Origin: an uncultured Thermoprotei archaeon
Lineage (GTDB): Archaea; Thermoproteota; Thermoprotei; Thermofilales; B15-G2
DNA: 64,000 bases
Reading direction: 5' to 3'
NCBI GenBank assembly: GCA_965367815.1
Contig: CBDUKN010000009.1
Location: forward strand, 21,085-85,084
Part shown: positions 21,204 through 30,891 of the stretch, piece after piece
Numbering within the stretch: the first letter of the stretch is position 1
Layout: the number at the start of each line of letters is the position of its first letter
Translations under genes and position numbers: made by a program
The notes under the pieces: generated by a model
What the model was told of the DNA's origin: nothing
The model's database searches: none
The model's input: the letters and a program-made list of their open reading frames with translations, nothing else

Positions 21204-22514
21204 TCAAGGATAATGCCACTCTTCAATTAACTCACACTGCTTCTCAAAATACTCTAGTCCTTCCCTCTCTTTCGGCTTTGTCAAGTGCCTATAGGCAGCT
21301 GGTGCTTGCTTAAATGGAATAAGTTGTTCTCTTAGAATCTCTTTGAATGAAGGCTGCTTAACGATGTATTTGCAACGTGGGCACTTGTATCCTACAGCCC
21401 TTCCTTTAGATTTCATTTTCTCTCTGCAGAATGGACATAATGGAGGCACTCTGGTAAGTACTTCAGCCAACTCTATTCTTTGTATTTTTTCTACATTGAG
21501 CGTTAGTTTACCTTTTCTCACTTTCACTCCTCCAGAAAGTTCAACGTAATCATGTTTTCTGAGCTTTAACACCAATACATTTAATCGAGTCTTTCTGTAA
21601 AAAATACAGTCAATAGACCCAGTACCATCACTTACTTCGATAACAACATGCCCACCTTTAATTACTACTGGCTCGCTTACTACTACGCCACTTATAGTTA
21701 CAGAGTCGTAAGGCCTAACTTGAGAAATAGTCTTTCGCATGAAGAGGTGTATTTCTGTACACTGATTTGTTTTAAAAATCAGCCAGCGGTCAATTTTCTC
21801 TTCCACTTTAATTTCTTTCATAGCCTCTACTAGGAGCTGGGGAAAGTCACCTCTTATACCAAAGAGTACAGGATCAGGGCCGTGAGACAGTACTAGAGGT
21901 CTTTTTTTCCTATAGTCTATGTTAGCGTAAATATATGGCCTAAAAGCTCTATCTACTTTAAGTAAACTCTCATACTCCATTTTTCTAACCTTACCCCACA
22001 TTGACCTCTCTCTGTAGGCTAGTAGCTCAAATGTATAGTCACTGAAATCTGCTTCATAAAAGCCTACAGCTGCCAATGCTCCTACAAGTCCTCTGCCTCG
22101 TCCAATATATCTGCATTGGATATTATTTTTAGCGATAACTCGCTTAACGTAGTCTAGAGAAAGCACTTCATGCAGCGCTCTCATAGAAATAATTTTCACA
22201 ATGCTAGGGATAGTCTCCTTAATGGCAACAAGTGCAGGTTCCGCCTTACCTAGTCCACTATAATTATCCATAATAGTGTTCCACACTAAGTCTACTACAT
22301 CTTCTGGATCTTCACATAATATTTTAATTGATACAGCAGCATTTCCTCTAGTTTTAAATGGAATATTAGGGTTTAATCTAATTAAATGAGGATAATCAAC
22401 AAATGTCACTTTTTTAGACAATTTCTCAACTATGAGCGAACATATGTACGTTGTACAGCCTCCCTTGTAGTGGTCAGTGTCGTCAAATCCTATGTGTAGT
22501 AACACGCTACTCAA
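21204..22514 (-). CDS. tiaS: tRNA(Ile2) agmatinylcytidine synthase
   Basis: IGFDDTD..GGCTT, RLNPNIPFKTRGN, HGPDPVLFGIRG, TNQ.T, OB fold, Zn ribbon, YRHLTKP. Confidence 0.95.
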   Translation of the reverse strand: MSSVLLHIGFDDTDHYKGGCTTYICSLIVEKLSKKVTFVDYPHLIRLNPNIPFKTRGNAAVSIKILCEDPEDVVDLVWNTIMDNYSGLGKAEPALVAIKETIPSIVKIISMRALHEVLSLDYVKRVIAKNNIQCRYIGRGRGLVGALAAVGFYEADFSDYTFELLAYRERSMWGKVRKMEYESLLKVDRAFRPYIYANIDYRKKRPLVLSHGPDPVLFGIRGDFPQLLVEAMKEIKVEEKIDRWLIFKTNQCTEIHLFMRKTISQVRPYDSVTISGVVVSEPVVIKGGHVVIEVSDGTGSIDCIFYRKTRLNVLVLKLRKHDYVELSGGVKVRKGKLTLNVEKIQRIELAEVLTRVPPLCPFCREKMKSKGRAVGYKCPRCKYIVKQPSFKEILREQLIPFKQAPAAYRHLTKPKEREGLEYFEKQCELIEEWHYP

Positions 22515-22547
22515 AATATTCTTAAGCTATACTGTATTAGTTTTTCG

Positions 22548-23402
22548 ATGTTGTACTTTGTAGGGCTAGGACTTTATAATTGCGAAGATCTATCAATAAG
22601 AGCCCTTAGAGTACTTAAAAAGTGTTCCAAAATATACGTTGACTTATATACGAGTATAGTACCTCAATTTACTTTATCTGAATTCGCCAATATTTTAGAA
22701 AAATCCTTAGGTAGCGAAATAGTCGGTGTTACAAGGAGAGAACTTGAAAACGATATCTTTGTTGAAAAAATACTCGAAGAGTCTTCTGAGAAAGATGTAG
22801 CAATAGTCGTTCCAGGAGACCCCTTTATAGCTACAACGCATCTATGGATTAGACTTGAAGCAGAAAAACGGAAAATTCCGACCGCTGTTATTCACTCTAC
22901 ATCTATTTTAACTGCAGCTATAAGTGAGACAGGGCTACATCCGTATAAATTCGGTAAGTGTGTTACAATAGTATATCCAGATCTGGAGAAAAACTTCATA
23001 CCCTACTCTGTTTATGAAACCCTAGTGGATAATATTGGGCGAGGTTTACACACATTAATGCTTCTCGATTTAAGACTTGAAGAAAAAATAGCTATGACTA
23101 TAGCCGACGCTATAAATGTTTTAGAGTTACTCGAAGAAAAAATAGGTAAAGGAATAATATCATCAGAAACATTAGGTGTAGCACTCTCACGTATAGGTTC
23201 TCCTGATTCAAAAATAGTGGCAGGACCTTTATACAGCTTAAGGAAAATAAATTTAGGTCCTCCTCCTCACTCTCTTATTATACCTGGAGAACTGCATTTT
23301 ACAGAAGAAGAAGCTTTAATAGTATTGGCTAAAGCTTCAATAGAGGCTGTGAGAACATGGAAAAAGAAAGTCAGAGACTTGAGAAATATATTAAATCATT
23401 AG
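22548..23402 (+). CDS. dph5: Diphthine synthase
   Basis: LYFVGLGL, YTS, GDPFIATTH, GLHPYKFG, GLHTLMLLD, GPPPHSLIIPG.LH. Confidence 0.96.
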   Translation: MLYFVGLGLYNCEDLSIRALRVLKKCSKIYVDLYTSIVPQFTLSEFANILEKSLGSEIVGVTRRELENDIFVEKILEESSEKDVAIVVPGDPFIATTHLWIRLEAEKRKIPTAVIHSTSILTAAISETGLHPYKFGKCVTIVYPDLEKNFIPYSVYETLVDNIGRGLHTLMLLDLRLEEKIAMTIADAINVLELLEEKIGKGIISSETLGVALSRIGSPDSKIVAGPLYSLRKINLGPPPHSLIIPGELHFTEEEALIVLAKASIEAVRTWKKKVRDLRNILNH

Positions 23403-24037
23403 AAAAGGTATTGAAAGATATTAAATACGATTCATCTGTAAGCGAAATAGTTCATTTAGCTAAGTGCTATACTGAAGACTCTAAGTATTATTATAGGCTA
23501 GGAGACTACTTCACCGCACTCTCCTGTATAGCTTATGCCGAAGGTCTTTTAGACGCTATTAGATTCTTGAAAAAAGCTGAATTCACTTGGCCTAAAGAAA
23601 AACCTTCAAAAGGAAATAAAGTCCTAGTAGGAGGCGTTTTCGAAATACTACATCCTGGACACATATTCTTACTGAAGAATGCTAGCAAATATGGAAAGGT
23701 CATCGTCATAGTCGCCCGGGATAAAACAGTGCTTAAATTTAAAAAACGAAAGCCCGTAATTTCTGAAAACCAGAGATTAGAAGTAGTTAGCAACATTAAG
23801 TATGTATATAAGGCTAGACTAGGCGAAGAAGAATTTAATTTAAAGAAAATACTTTTAGAAGAAAAGCCAGACTACGTCATACTAGGCCCCGATCAAGAAT
23901 TCTTAGAAGATAAACTCTTAGAAGAAATAAAAAGACTTAACCTTAACACAAAAGTAATAAGAATAAAAGATTTCTATAAGAAATACTCTCTCTGTAGCAC
24001 AAGTAAAATAATAGAAAAAATTAAAAAAGAGCTTTAG
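23357..24037 (+). CDS. ribL: DUF357 domain fused to FAD synthetase (cytidylyltransferase family)
   Basis: N-term Y..DSKYY...GD..TAL....YAEGLLDA (DUF357); C-term GGVFEILHPGH, VIVARD, LGPDQ, STSKI. Confidence 0.8.
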   Translation: MEKESQRLEKYIKSLEKVLKDIKYDSSVSEIVHLAKCYTEDSKYYYRLGDYFTALSCIAYAEGLLDAIRFLKKAEFTWPKEKPSKGNKVLVGGVFEILHPGHIFLLKNASKYGKVIVIVARDKTVLKFKKRKPVISENQRLEVVSNIKYVYKARLGEEEFNLKKILLEEKPDYVILGPDQEFLEDKLLEEIKRLNLNTKVIRIKDFYKKYSLCSTSKIIEKIKKEL

Positions 24038-24719
24038 TGCCTATAGCTTTCGAAGCTTTAGTAGCTTCTTCGTGCGCTTTCTGTAGAGGCACAGGCAGCC
24101 TGTACCTGTTAGTAAGACACATTGAGGTTAGTTTGTAGGCTGTATCCAAGGATATTTTATGCCCTACACTGACAAAAATTCTTTTAGATTTAACATAAGC
24201 TCCTATGATCTTCCCCTTGTAGACTACTACAGGATACTCTTTATCGCTATTCTCCACTATTTCTCCACATAGAAGTTTTTTAGCTACGCCAATAGTAGGC
24301 TTATCTATTAGCACTCCTAGATGACATGCTATCCCGCAGAAATAAGGATGTATTCTACCCTGACCGTTTACAAAAACTACATCGGGCTCTAAGCTTAAAG
24401 AAAGATAGGCTTTATGCATAGGAAGAAGTTCTCTAAATGCAAGTAGCGTAGGCACATAAGGTACCTTTATCTCGAGTACAGCACACTTTACTTCAAGGAC
24501 TTCTAGCGAAGGAAAACTTAGAACACATGCTGCCGCAACTCCCCATTCAACTCCGTTGATTTTCTTATAGGCAACGTCGAGCCCACATATCTTCTTTATG
24601 TTTAATATTTCTATGAAGTCTTCCTCTACTACTCTCTCTGCAAAAAGCCTCTGTACAGCTCGCGCCTTAGGGACACTAAATGGAAGTTTTCCCGAGTTTT
24701 TCGAGGAGCTTTTTCGCAT
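24021..24719 (-). CDS. nfi: Endonuclease V homolog (NGQG in place of DGxG)
   Basis: GLDVAY, PYVPTLLAFRE, G.IHP..CGIACHLG, PTIGVAK, FVSVGH, RLPVPL..AH. Confidence 0.9.
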   Translation of the reverse strand: MRKSSSKNSGKLPFSVPKARAVQRLFAERVVEEDFIEILNIKKICGLDVAYKKINGVEWGVAAACVLSFPSLEVLEVKCAVLEIKVPYVPTLLAFRELLPMHKAYLSLSLEPDVVFVNGQGRIHPYFCGIACHLGVLIDKPTIGVAKKLLCGEIVENSDKEYPVVVYKGKIIGAYVKSKRIFVSVGHKISLDTAYKLTSMCLTNRYRLPVPLQKAHEEATKASKAIGTKALF

Positions 24720-25320
24720 AGTCCTCTATTCTTTTTCTTTCGAGCGCTCTTAAATAATCGGCTATTGTTTCCTCGAGTATTCTACGCCCAATATCGCATT
24801 TTCTTCTAAGACCAGGTACAAGCGCGTCAGGAAAATGTATTTGACTTAATGCCGCGACTATATCGTTCATTACTTTAAGTAGTTTTTCAGCCCTCTCCAG
24901 GTCATCCTTTATCAGTGACGAAAGAACAGCTCTTCTAAGCTCTCCTACAACGTCTCCTAATCCACATAAGTAGGACTGAATAGGTACTTTAAGCTCTCTA
25001 TATCCTTTGATGTCTTCTTTTCCTTGAAGAATTTTGTAAAATACAACAGCTTCAACATATTCTGCTAAGCAGTCAGAGACATAGCCTGCTTGAAAGAACT
25101 CGGGAAAGTTCTCACATAACCTATTAAGTTCGTCGACTAAGTTCTTTAATTTTTCTATATTTTCTTTAGCTTCGCTAAAATTACCTATTTGCAGTGCATG
25201 TATAGCATTACTAGCATTTCTTGTAATTTCTCTAGAGATTTTTATCAAGTTCTCTCTTATTTGGTCCTTAAAAGAAAGCTCTTTAATGCATTCCTCTACA
25301 AGCACTCTAAAAACCGACAT
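24676..25320 (-). CDS. Translin/Trax family protein
   Basis: RE..IK.SREI, EYVEA, YL.GLGDVVGELRR, LRRK.D..R. Confidence 0.88.
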   Translation of the reverse strand: MSVFRVLVEECIKELSFKDQIRENLIKISREITRNASNAIHALQIGNFSEAKENIEKLKNLVDELNRLCENFPEFFQAGYVSDCLAEYVEAVVFYKILQGKEDIKGYRELKVPIQSYLCGLGDVVGELRRAVLSSLIKDDLERAEKLLKVMNDIVAALSQIHFPDALVPGLRRKCDIGRRILEETIADYLRALERKRIEDYAKKLLEKLGKTSI

Positions 25321-25403
25321 ATGCGTGAAACTACACGTCTCTTAAAAATTTTACCGCACAGTATCAAGGAAAAGCACTTAACCCTCTTTCATAACATTTA
25401 CTC

Positions 25404-26324
25404 GTGTTGTCAGAGGAAGAAAAGCTTTACAGACGTGCAGGCGAAATAGCACACAAGGCGCTTGAATACGGAATTAAGTTGACTAAACCTGGTACTAAAA
25501 TTCTTGAACTATGTGAAAAAATAGAGAAAAAGATAATAGAATTAGGAGGAAAACCTGCTTTTCCTGTAAATGTGTCAGTGAATAGTGTTGCTGCTCATTA
25601 TACTTCACCACCTAATGATAAGTCTGTAATACCAGATGACTCTCTCGTGAAGATAGACGTCGGAGTACATATAGATGGATGCATAGCAGACACTGCAATT
25701 ACAGTAGCTCTAGGGAAAGCAGATGAAAACTTAATAATAGCTGCTGCTGAGGCCCTTCGTGCCGCCGAAGAAGCTATATCCCCTGAAGTTAACACTAAAG
25801 AACTAGGAGCAATAATTGAAGAAACTATTAAAAAATACGGGTATAGACCTATAGCCAATTTATGTGGCCACCAAATCGAAAAATACAATCTCCACGCAGG
25901 TAAAGTCATCCCAAATATTAAAACACAAATAGGTTCTAAAATAGGTAAAAACACAGTATATGCTATAGAACCTTTCTCAACAAATGGTGCAGGATATGTA
26001 GTTGAATCGAACGAAGCACATATATTTAGATTAAATAGAGTAAGAAAAATAAGAAAAATAAAGCTACATAGAAAAACTTTCATACACGATATATACTCCA
26101 CATGCCGTACATTACCATTTGCTTTGAGGTGGTTTACTAATCTTTACTCTACGTTAGATCTTCTAGAAGAAGATATAAAAATGTTAATCGATAGAAAAAT
26201 AGTGAGTAAGTATCCCGTATTAATTGAAGTAAAACAAGGCTTGGTAGCGCAAGCTGAAGATACAATAATGGTGTTGGAAAAGGATGTAATTAACTTAACT
26301 AATGCTTTAGACCTCTTAATGTAG
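25404..26324 (+). CDS. map: Methionine aminopeptidase type II
   Basis: AFPVN.S.N..AAHY, KIDVGVHIDG.IADTA, NLCGH, AIEPF, AQAEDT. Confidence 0.95.
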   Translation: MLSEEEKLYRRAGEIAHKALEYGIKLTKPGTKILELCEKIEKKIIELGGKPAFPVNVSVNSVAAHYTSPPNDKSVIPDDSLVKIDVGVHIDGCIADTAITVALGKADENLIIAAAEALRAAEEAISPEVNTKELGAIIEETIKKYGYRPIANLCGHQIEKYNLHAGKVIPNIKTQIGSKIGKNTVYAIEPFSTNGAGYVVESNEAHIFRLNRVRKIRKIKLHRKTFIHDIYSTCRTLPFALRWFTNLYSTLDLLEEDIKMLIDRKIVSKYPVLIEVKQGLVAQAEDTIMVLEKDVINLTNALDLLM

Positions 26325-26381
26325 CTAAGAAAAGAAAATGTTAGTAGATAAAAATAAATTCGCTGAAGCGACGAGAGACAC

Positions 26382-26564
26382 ATGAGCGAAGAAGAAGTAA
26401 ATAAAGACCTTCAAAGAGCTCTTGACAACATAGATGAAGCGATATACTTGCTTAGAGAAGTAGCTAAAATAGGAGAAAGTTATGCCGAAATGCTAGAAGA
26501 TATTCTTTATCACCTAGAAGAAGCTGCCGAACAACTAGATACATTAATTTCCCGCAAAAGATAA
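26382..26564 (+). CDS. Small acidic helical hypothetical protein
   Basis: 60-aa ORF filling the gap, heptad-like pattern. Confidence 0.6.
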   Translation: MSEEEVNKDLQRALDNIDEAIYLLREVAKIGESYAEMLEDILYHLEEAAEQLDTLISRKR

Positions 26565-26567
26565 TAA

Positions 26568-27296
26568 CTATCTTCTTTCTTCATACAGTTTCTTTAATAT
26601 GGGAATGTTTTTAATTTGCTCATCTTTAACTTCATCCCAGTATATACCTTCAGGTTTAGAGTACTTACCCTCTGTTTTAATTCGTTTGGTAGGAGTGAAT
26701 ACATAGTCTACTGGAACATCGTGCCTAGTTACCGGAATATATTCAACTATTTGGATATCATGGACCGTAGTTACTATAGGAGTCTTCTCGTCTACAAGAT
26801 TTAGTTCTCTCAGAATAGCATATTCTAGGTCGCTATATCCTCCGCCTTTACCTAGCCGCGCCCCCTCTGTTGTAACAGCAACACTACCCGTGACTTTTAC
26901 GTCGATATGATAAGGAGGAATCATAAACAATTTTCCATAAATAAAGGCCCCCCTTATAGTGGACGCTTCACGTTCACGACCAAGAGGAACATATTTGCGC
27001 TTAATTACCAAAAATCCTTTGCGCAGTCTAGGAGTTGCCATCACTAATACTTTACCAGCCCTTATTACAGCTTCCCTTATAGGTCTTTGAGGACTATCTG
27101 GACAGCAGAAAATAACTTCAGCTTTTCTAAACAACTCACTCTCAATAAATCTTCTAGCAGCTAATTCATGTCCCTTAAAGTTAGGAATTCTACCATAAAC
27201 CGGCCTAGGGAAAATAGCTATTCCTTTTTCTTCCATAAGCCTCCATATTCTCTTCCTTATCTCCTGCTTTATCTCAGAAATTTCCTCTACACTCAT
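26568..27296 (-). CDS. 5-formyltetrahydrofolate cyclo-ligase-like protein (COG0212/MTHFSD type)
   Basis: FPRPVYGRIPNF.G, PDSPQ, TPRL, GSVAV..G.RLGKGGGYSDLEY, HDVPVD. Confidence 0.9.
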   Translation of the reverse strand: MSVEEISEIKQEIRKRIWRLMEEKGIAIFPRPVYGRIPNFKGHELAARRFIESELFRKAEVIFCCPDSPQRPIREAVIRAGKVLVMATPRLRKGFLVIKRKYVPLGREREASTIRGAFIYGKLFMIPPYHIDVKVTGSVAVTTEGARLGKGGGYSDLEYAILRELNLVDEKTPIVTTVHDIQIVEYIPVTRHDVPVDYVFTPTKRIKTEGKYSKPEGIYWDEVKDEQIKNIPILKKLYEERR

Positions 27297-27394
27297 CTAA
27301 ACCACTCAACTAGACTAAATTCTAGTAAATAAAATCATTCACTAAAATTAACCTCGTCCACAAAGCTTATATCGAACCCAAGCAAAATACTCTC

Positions 27395-27479
27395 GCCGGG
27401 GTCGCCTAGCCTGGTTAGGGCGGAGGGTTGCTAACCCTCTGGCCGAAAGGCCGCGTGGGTTCAAATCCCACCCCCGGCG
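27395..27479 (+). tRNA. tRNA-Ser(GCT)
   Basis: GCCGGGG/CCCCGGC; GAGGG-TT GCT AA-CCCTC; long variable arm. Confidence 0.96.
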
Positions 27480-27577
27480 CCTATTCTAGTAGACCTTTTA
27501 CCTCACGAAAACATATACATTAACTTAAGAGATAAAATAGAGAAATGCTTATATACAGTTTCATGATAAGAGTTGAC

Positions 27578-27671
<94 letters not shown>

Positions 27672-27708
27672 TTTAAGAAAAAGAGATTTTTCTCCGATGT
27701 AAGTTTCC

Positions 27709-27753
27709 GGGTGTTGCCAAGTTAATGTGCCTGCAGGCAACGCCCTTTATATA
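27709..27753 (+). promoter_or_regulatory. Inverted repeat GGGTGTTGCC/GGCAACGCCC abutting a TTTATATA box
   Basis: Seen directly, about 25 nt upstream of the integrase-remnant ATG. Confidence 0.55.
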
Positions 27754-27776
27754 TGACTCTCTGATAATATCCCTGG

Positions 27777-27968
27777 ATGAAGGATTCTTGGAGAGACAGA
27801 GTAGACTTAGCTAAAATAGACGACGAGACACGGTACCGGATACTCGACTACGTTTTAGCGAAAATAGGGTCGTACAGGGAGCTGGGCTGCGATTGAACCT
27901 ACATCTACAGGCTGAAGACACGGAAGCCCAGAGTACCGGACAGCTTTCTGAAGAGGCTTCCCGAATAA
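27777..27968 (+). pseudogene. Truncated N-terminal HTH region of a crenarchaeal-type integrase
   Basis: MKDSWRDRVDLAKIDDETRYRILDYVLAKIGSYRELGCD*TYIYRLKTRKPRVPDSFLKRL; internal TGA at 27894; located immediately 3' of a tRNA. Confidence 0.6.
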
Positions 27969-28019
27969 GACCTCTGAGGCCACTTCACTGTGAGGGCTGG
28001 GAAAAAACACGGAGAAGCC

Positions 28020-28400
28020 TCAGGGCTCTCTGCTAGGCTTTACTCTGAGCACGTCTAAGAAGCCTTTATCGTGCAGTCGAGAGAGCAGCGCGTCAGCCTC
28101 CCTCCACTCGATCTTCATCTCTCTTGAAAGAGAATTCACAGTGCAGAAACCCATTAAGGTGAGCTTAAGGTGCCTCTACTTCCTCTTCGCTCAGCTTCCT
28201 AAGCTGGGCGTTGATTCTCTGTGTGTCGGGAGTCTCCTGTAAAGTACCTGTAGAGGCTCCTGGAGATACTCTTCTCTCCTCCTTCTCCGTGAGCCTCCGC
28301 CTCCAAGAATCAAGTCCCTCTACCAGCAGCCTTATGGTTTAGTTCCTCGTTTTCTTTTCTCAGCTTGCTGAGTATTTTCTTGTACTGTACTATGAGAGCC
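28020..28400 (-). pseudogene. Frameshifted coiled-coil / winged-helix gene fragments
   Basis: Fragment LTLMGFCTVNSLSREMKIEWREADALLSRLHDKGFLDV resembles a wHTH; upstream frames are interrupted. Confidence 0.4.
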
Positions 28401-28697
28401 CTATACTTTTCTTCCTGAGACCTCTTCTTGAGCCAGATCACCTGCCGCCACCTTTCTCCCGAGTATCTCTAGCCACGGGTTGTCCTGCACCCACGAAGGC
28501 AACTTGGGCTCCGAAGAGACCCCCGCTGCGGCGCCTTCTCTGCCGCGGAGGAAGTCCCTTATCTCGGCTAGGAGCCTGTTCTGCTCCTCTAGGAGCTGGT
28601 TCACTGCGGCTGCGAGCGAAAGCCCCCGTGTCCTCGCGTAGGCCTCGAGCCTCTCCTTAATGCTCCTAGAGACCTTGATAGTAGTATACTCAACCAC
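28401..28697 (-). CDS. Ribbon-helix-helix (CopG-like) protein
   Basis: YTTIKVSRSIKERLEAYARTRGLSLAAAVNQLLE. Confidence 0.75.
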   Translation of the reverse strand: MVEYTTIKVSRSIKERLEAYARTRGLSLAAAVNQLLEEQNRLLAEIRDFLRGREGAAAGVSSEPKLPSWVQDNPWLEILGRKVAAGDLAQEEVSGRKV

Positions 28698-29028
28698 GGT
28701 AAAGGCTGTTGTTACTTAAAAGGTATATCGGAAGCATACCTGCTCTAGGAAGAAGAGTATGCCGTAAGTATACTGCTCAAAGTACTCTTCTAGGGTTCCG
28801 GGTCGGGGAGATAATTAAGGAGAGAGAGCCTGAGGCCCTCCTCCACTCTAGGAGGAGAGCGGTTCCCAGCAGGAGCACTGTACTATATGTAATGCTGACC
28901 TAGTGACACTAGGCTTCTTCGCACTCCACTGGGTTTACATGCTCACGAAACGAGCACTTCAAACAGCACAAACAACGATAGATATGCTTATATAGTGCTG
29001 GACATAGTGTTAGCGCAGGGAGCCCGGC

Positions 29029-29424
29029 ATGGACCCTACAACTGTTCCTCTACACATGTACTTCCTTCAGCGTTTGGTAATTTCAATCGCGTTCCTAATT
29101 CCCCTTATAGTAACTTGGTGGCTCAAGAGCACCCGTTTAAAGGACACTCCCCGCCCTCTTACCTACATTCTAATAGGTTTCGCTATAGGCTTCCTAGCTA
29201 ATATTATCATAGGCCTTCTGGGGGCCTATGTTTTTAAACTACCATTACTTCCACTGCTACTATATCAAAAAGACCTACCTATGCAGTACCTCAGCCACAT
29301 AGTATTTATTTACAATACTATATTTAATGTTGCATACGTGGCTTCGCTATTCGCATCACTCCTACTAGTAACATACGGAATGTATAAGTTAGCGCTATGG
29401 AGCTCAGATAAGAGAACTCCGTAG
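29029..29424 (+). CDS. Small membrane protein (3 predicted TM helices)
   Basis: Three hydrophobic segments; TTATATA box upstream. Confidence 0.7.
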   Translation: MDPTTVPLHMYFLQRLVISIAFLIPLIVTWWLKSTRLKDTPRPLTYILIGFAIGFLANIIIGLLGAYVFKLPLLPLLLYQKDLPMQYLSHIVFIYNTIFNVAYVASLFASLLLVTYGMYKLALWSSDKRTP

Positions 29425-29859
29425 ATAGTTTCTTATTTAGCTCATTTAAAGAGACTAAGCCTACATCCTAGTTACAGGTATCCTCTTTACCTTACCAAGA
29501 TCCTTGTTGTCTGAAAACATGAAACCTTATATCTAACTTCTTAACAACTTACAATTAGGGATTTCAACAGGAACCTTTAACTATACTGTCACAGCGATAA
29601 CATTATGATTTACATTCCACTTAGTGCTGCAGTGATTCAGAAAGTGCTCGCGATGGCTCTTAGTGAAGCCATAGAGCGTACTGTCACATTTTTTAACTTC
29701 TATGTAAGTTAGTATAAGCAAAACTAGCAAAGAATTTATAGAGAAGGGTGAGAGCAATGCCCAGAAACATCAACAAATAATCTATTTTCTCAAAACAATT
29801 CCTTTCTCTCAATATCTTTGCTCCCAGCTAACTTTCTGGTCTTTTAATTTCATACAGTG

Positions 29860-30006
29860 TTATCCCCTTTTTATACCCCAGTACCTTATTCTAGGATTTA
29901 TTTTGCTCTCTTCAACAGCTTGTATATCTTCGTCTTGCTTATACCACTCTTTATTGCTCCACCATGGATTAAGATCATTTAAGATTATCTCGAGACTGTT
30001 TTCTCG
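29860..30006 (-). pseudogene. N-terminal remnant of a COG1373-type (AAA_14/DUF4143) ATPase
   Basis: LEIILNDLNPWWSNKEWYKQDEDIQAVEESKINPR has the NPWW signature; in frame with, and directly after, the stop of 30007..30285. Confidence 0.6.
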
Positions 30007-30285
30007 TCACTTTTTACTTCTGAGTCTGCGTTCAAGCAATACCACCCTTCTGGAGTTAATGTCTACTTTTGCTCTAAGTTCATCTATAGCTAGCTCTAAT
30101 TTCCTAACTTTCTTATCTAGCTCTTCTAAGCTCGGGCGCCTTTTTCTACTATGAACATACTCTTTAAGAGCACAGAGTATTACGGCGTGAACAGTTAATC
30201 CCTCCTCCTCAGCTATTTTTTGAAGACTCTTGTACAGTTCTTTAGGCATATTTACGGGATACCTTACTCTGCTCACACTAAACAT
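30007..30285 (-). CDS. Ribbon-helix-helix protein with C-terminal coiled coil
   Basis: RYPVNMPKELYKSLQKIAEEEGLTVHAVILCALKEYV, then LEELDKKVRKLE heptads. Confidence 0.8.
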   Translation of the reverse strand: MFSVSRVRYPVNMPKELYKSLQKIAEEEGLTVHAVILCALKEYVHSRKRRPSLEELDKKVRKLELAIDELRAKVDINSRRVVLLERRLRSKK

Positions 30286-30359
30286 TTTATACTTAAAGTA
30301 TAAAAATTTTATACTAAGAGACTAAAAAGATCTTGCTAAACAAGGAAATTCATTTTACC

Positions 30360-30670
30360 ATAATTAGCTTCAGACAGAACGATCGCCTTTGCTTAGCTAA
30401 GCTCAGTTGCTTTAACCAGAACAGGAAATTGTAGTGGTGTTCTGCAATGTGTCATTGCAGATTCAATGCAGATCCCACTCCCTACATAATTTTTCTCATT
30501 AAGTTGATGTAGTGGGATCTACATTGATCGCTGACCCGAGGACACACAAACTCTCCTTCAGTTTTTTAGTTTCTATACCACTAGTCCCACTTTAGGTCTC
30601 ACATCAATTATCTCTAGATTCTTGGACAGAGACCGCGCGCTATATGCTGAAACGCTGCGGCGCCAGCTCG
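30360..30670. repeat. Cluster of palindromes and inverted repeats in non-coding DNA
   Basis: GCTTAGCTAAGC (30391-30402); TCTGCAATG/CATTGCAGA (30441-30461); CAATGCAGATCCCACT/AGTGGGATCTACATTG (30464-30479 / 30511-30526). Confidence 0.75.
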
Positions 30671-30891
30671 GCTAGATTTACTGCTCGTATTATTTAAATC
30701 TTCTTATAAATATTTGATGACATTAAGTTAAGTTTTGCTGTATATCTGTAGAACAGACTTTGCAAAATCTTAAACTTAACAGCGCCGAACAACCGCAAGG
30801 AAATGCGCCGCACGCTACATAAATTTTTACAAAATACCGAAAAAGAGAAAAATAGCAGAAATTTTATAAAATATGATGTCCTTTACTTTCT

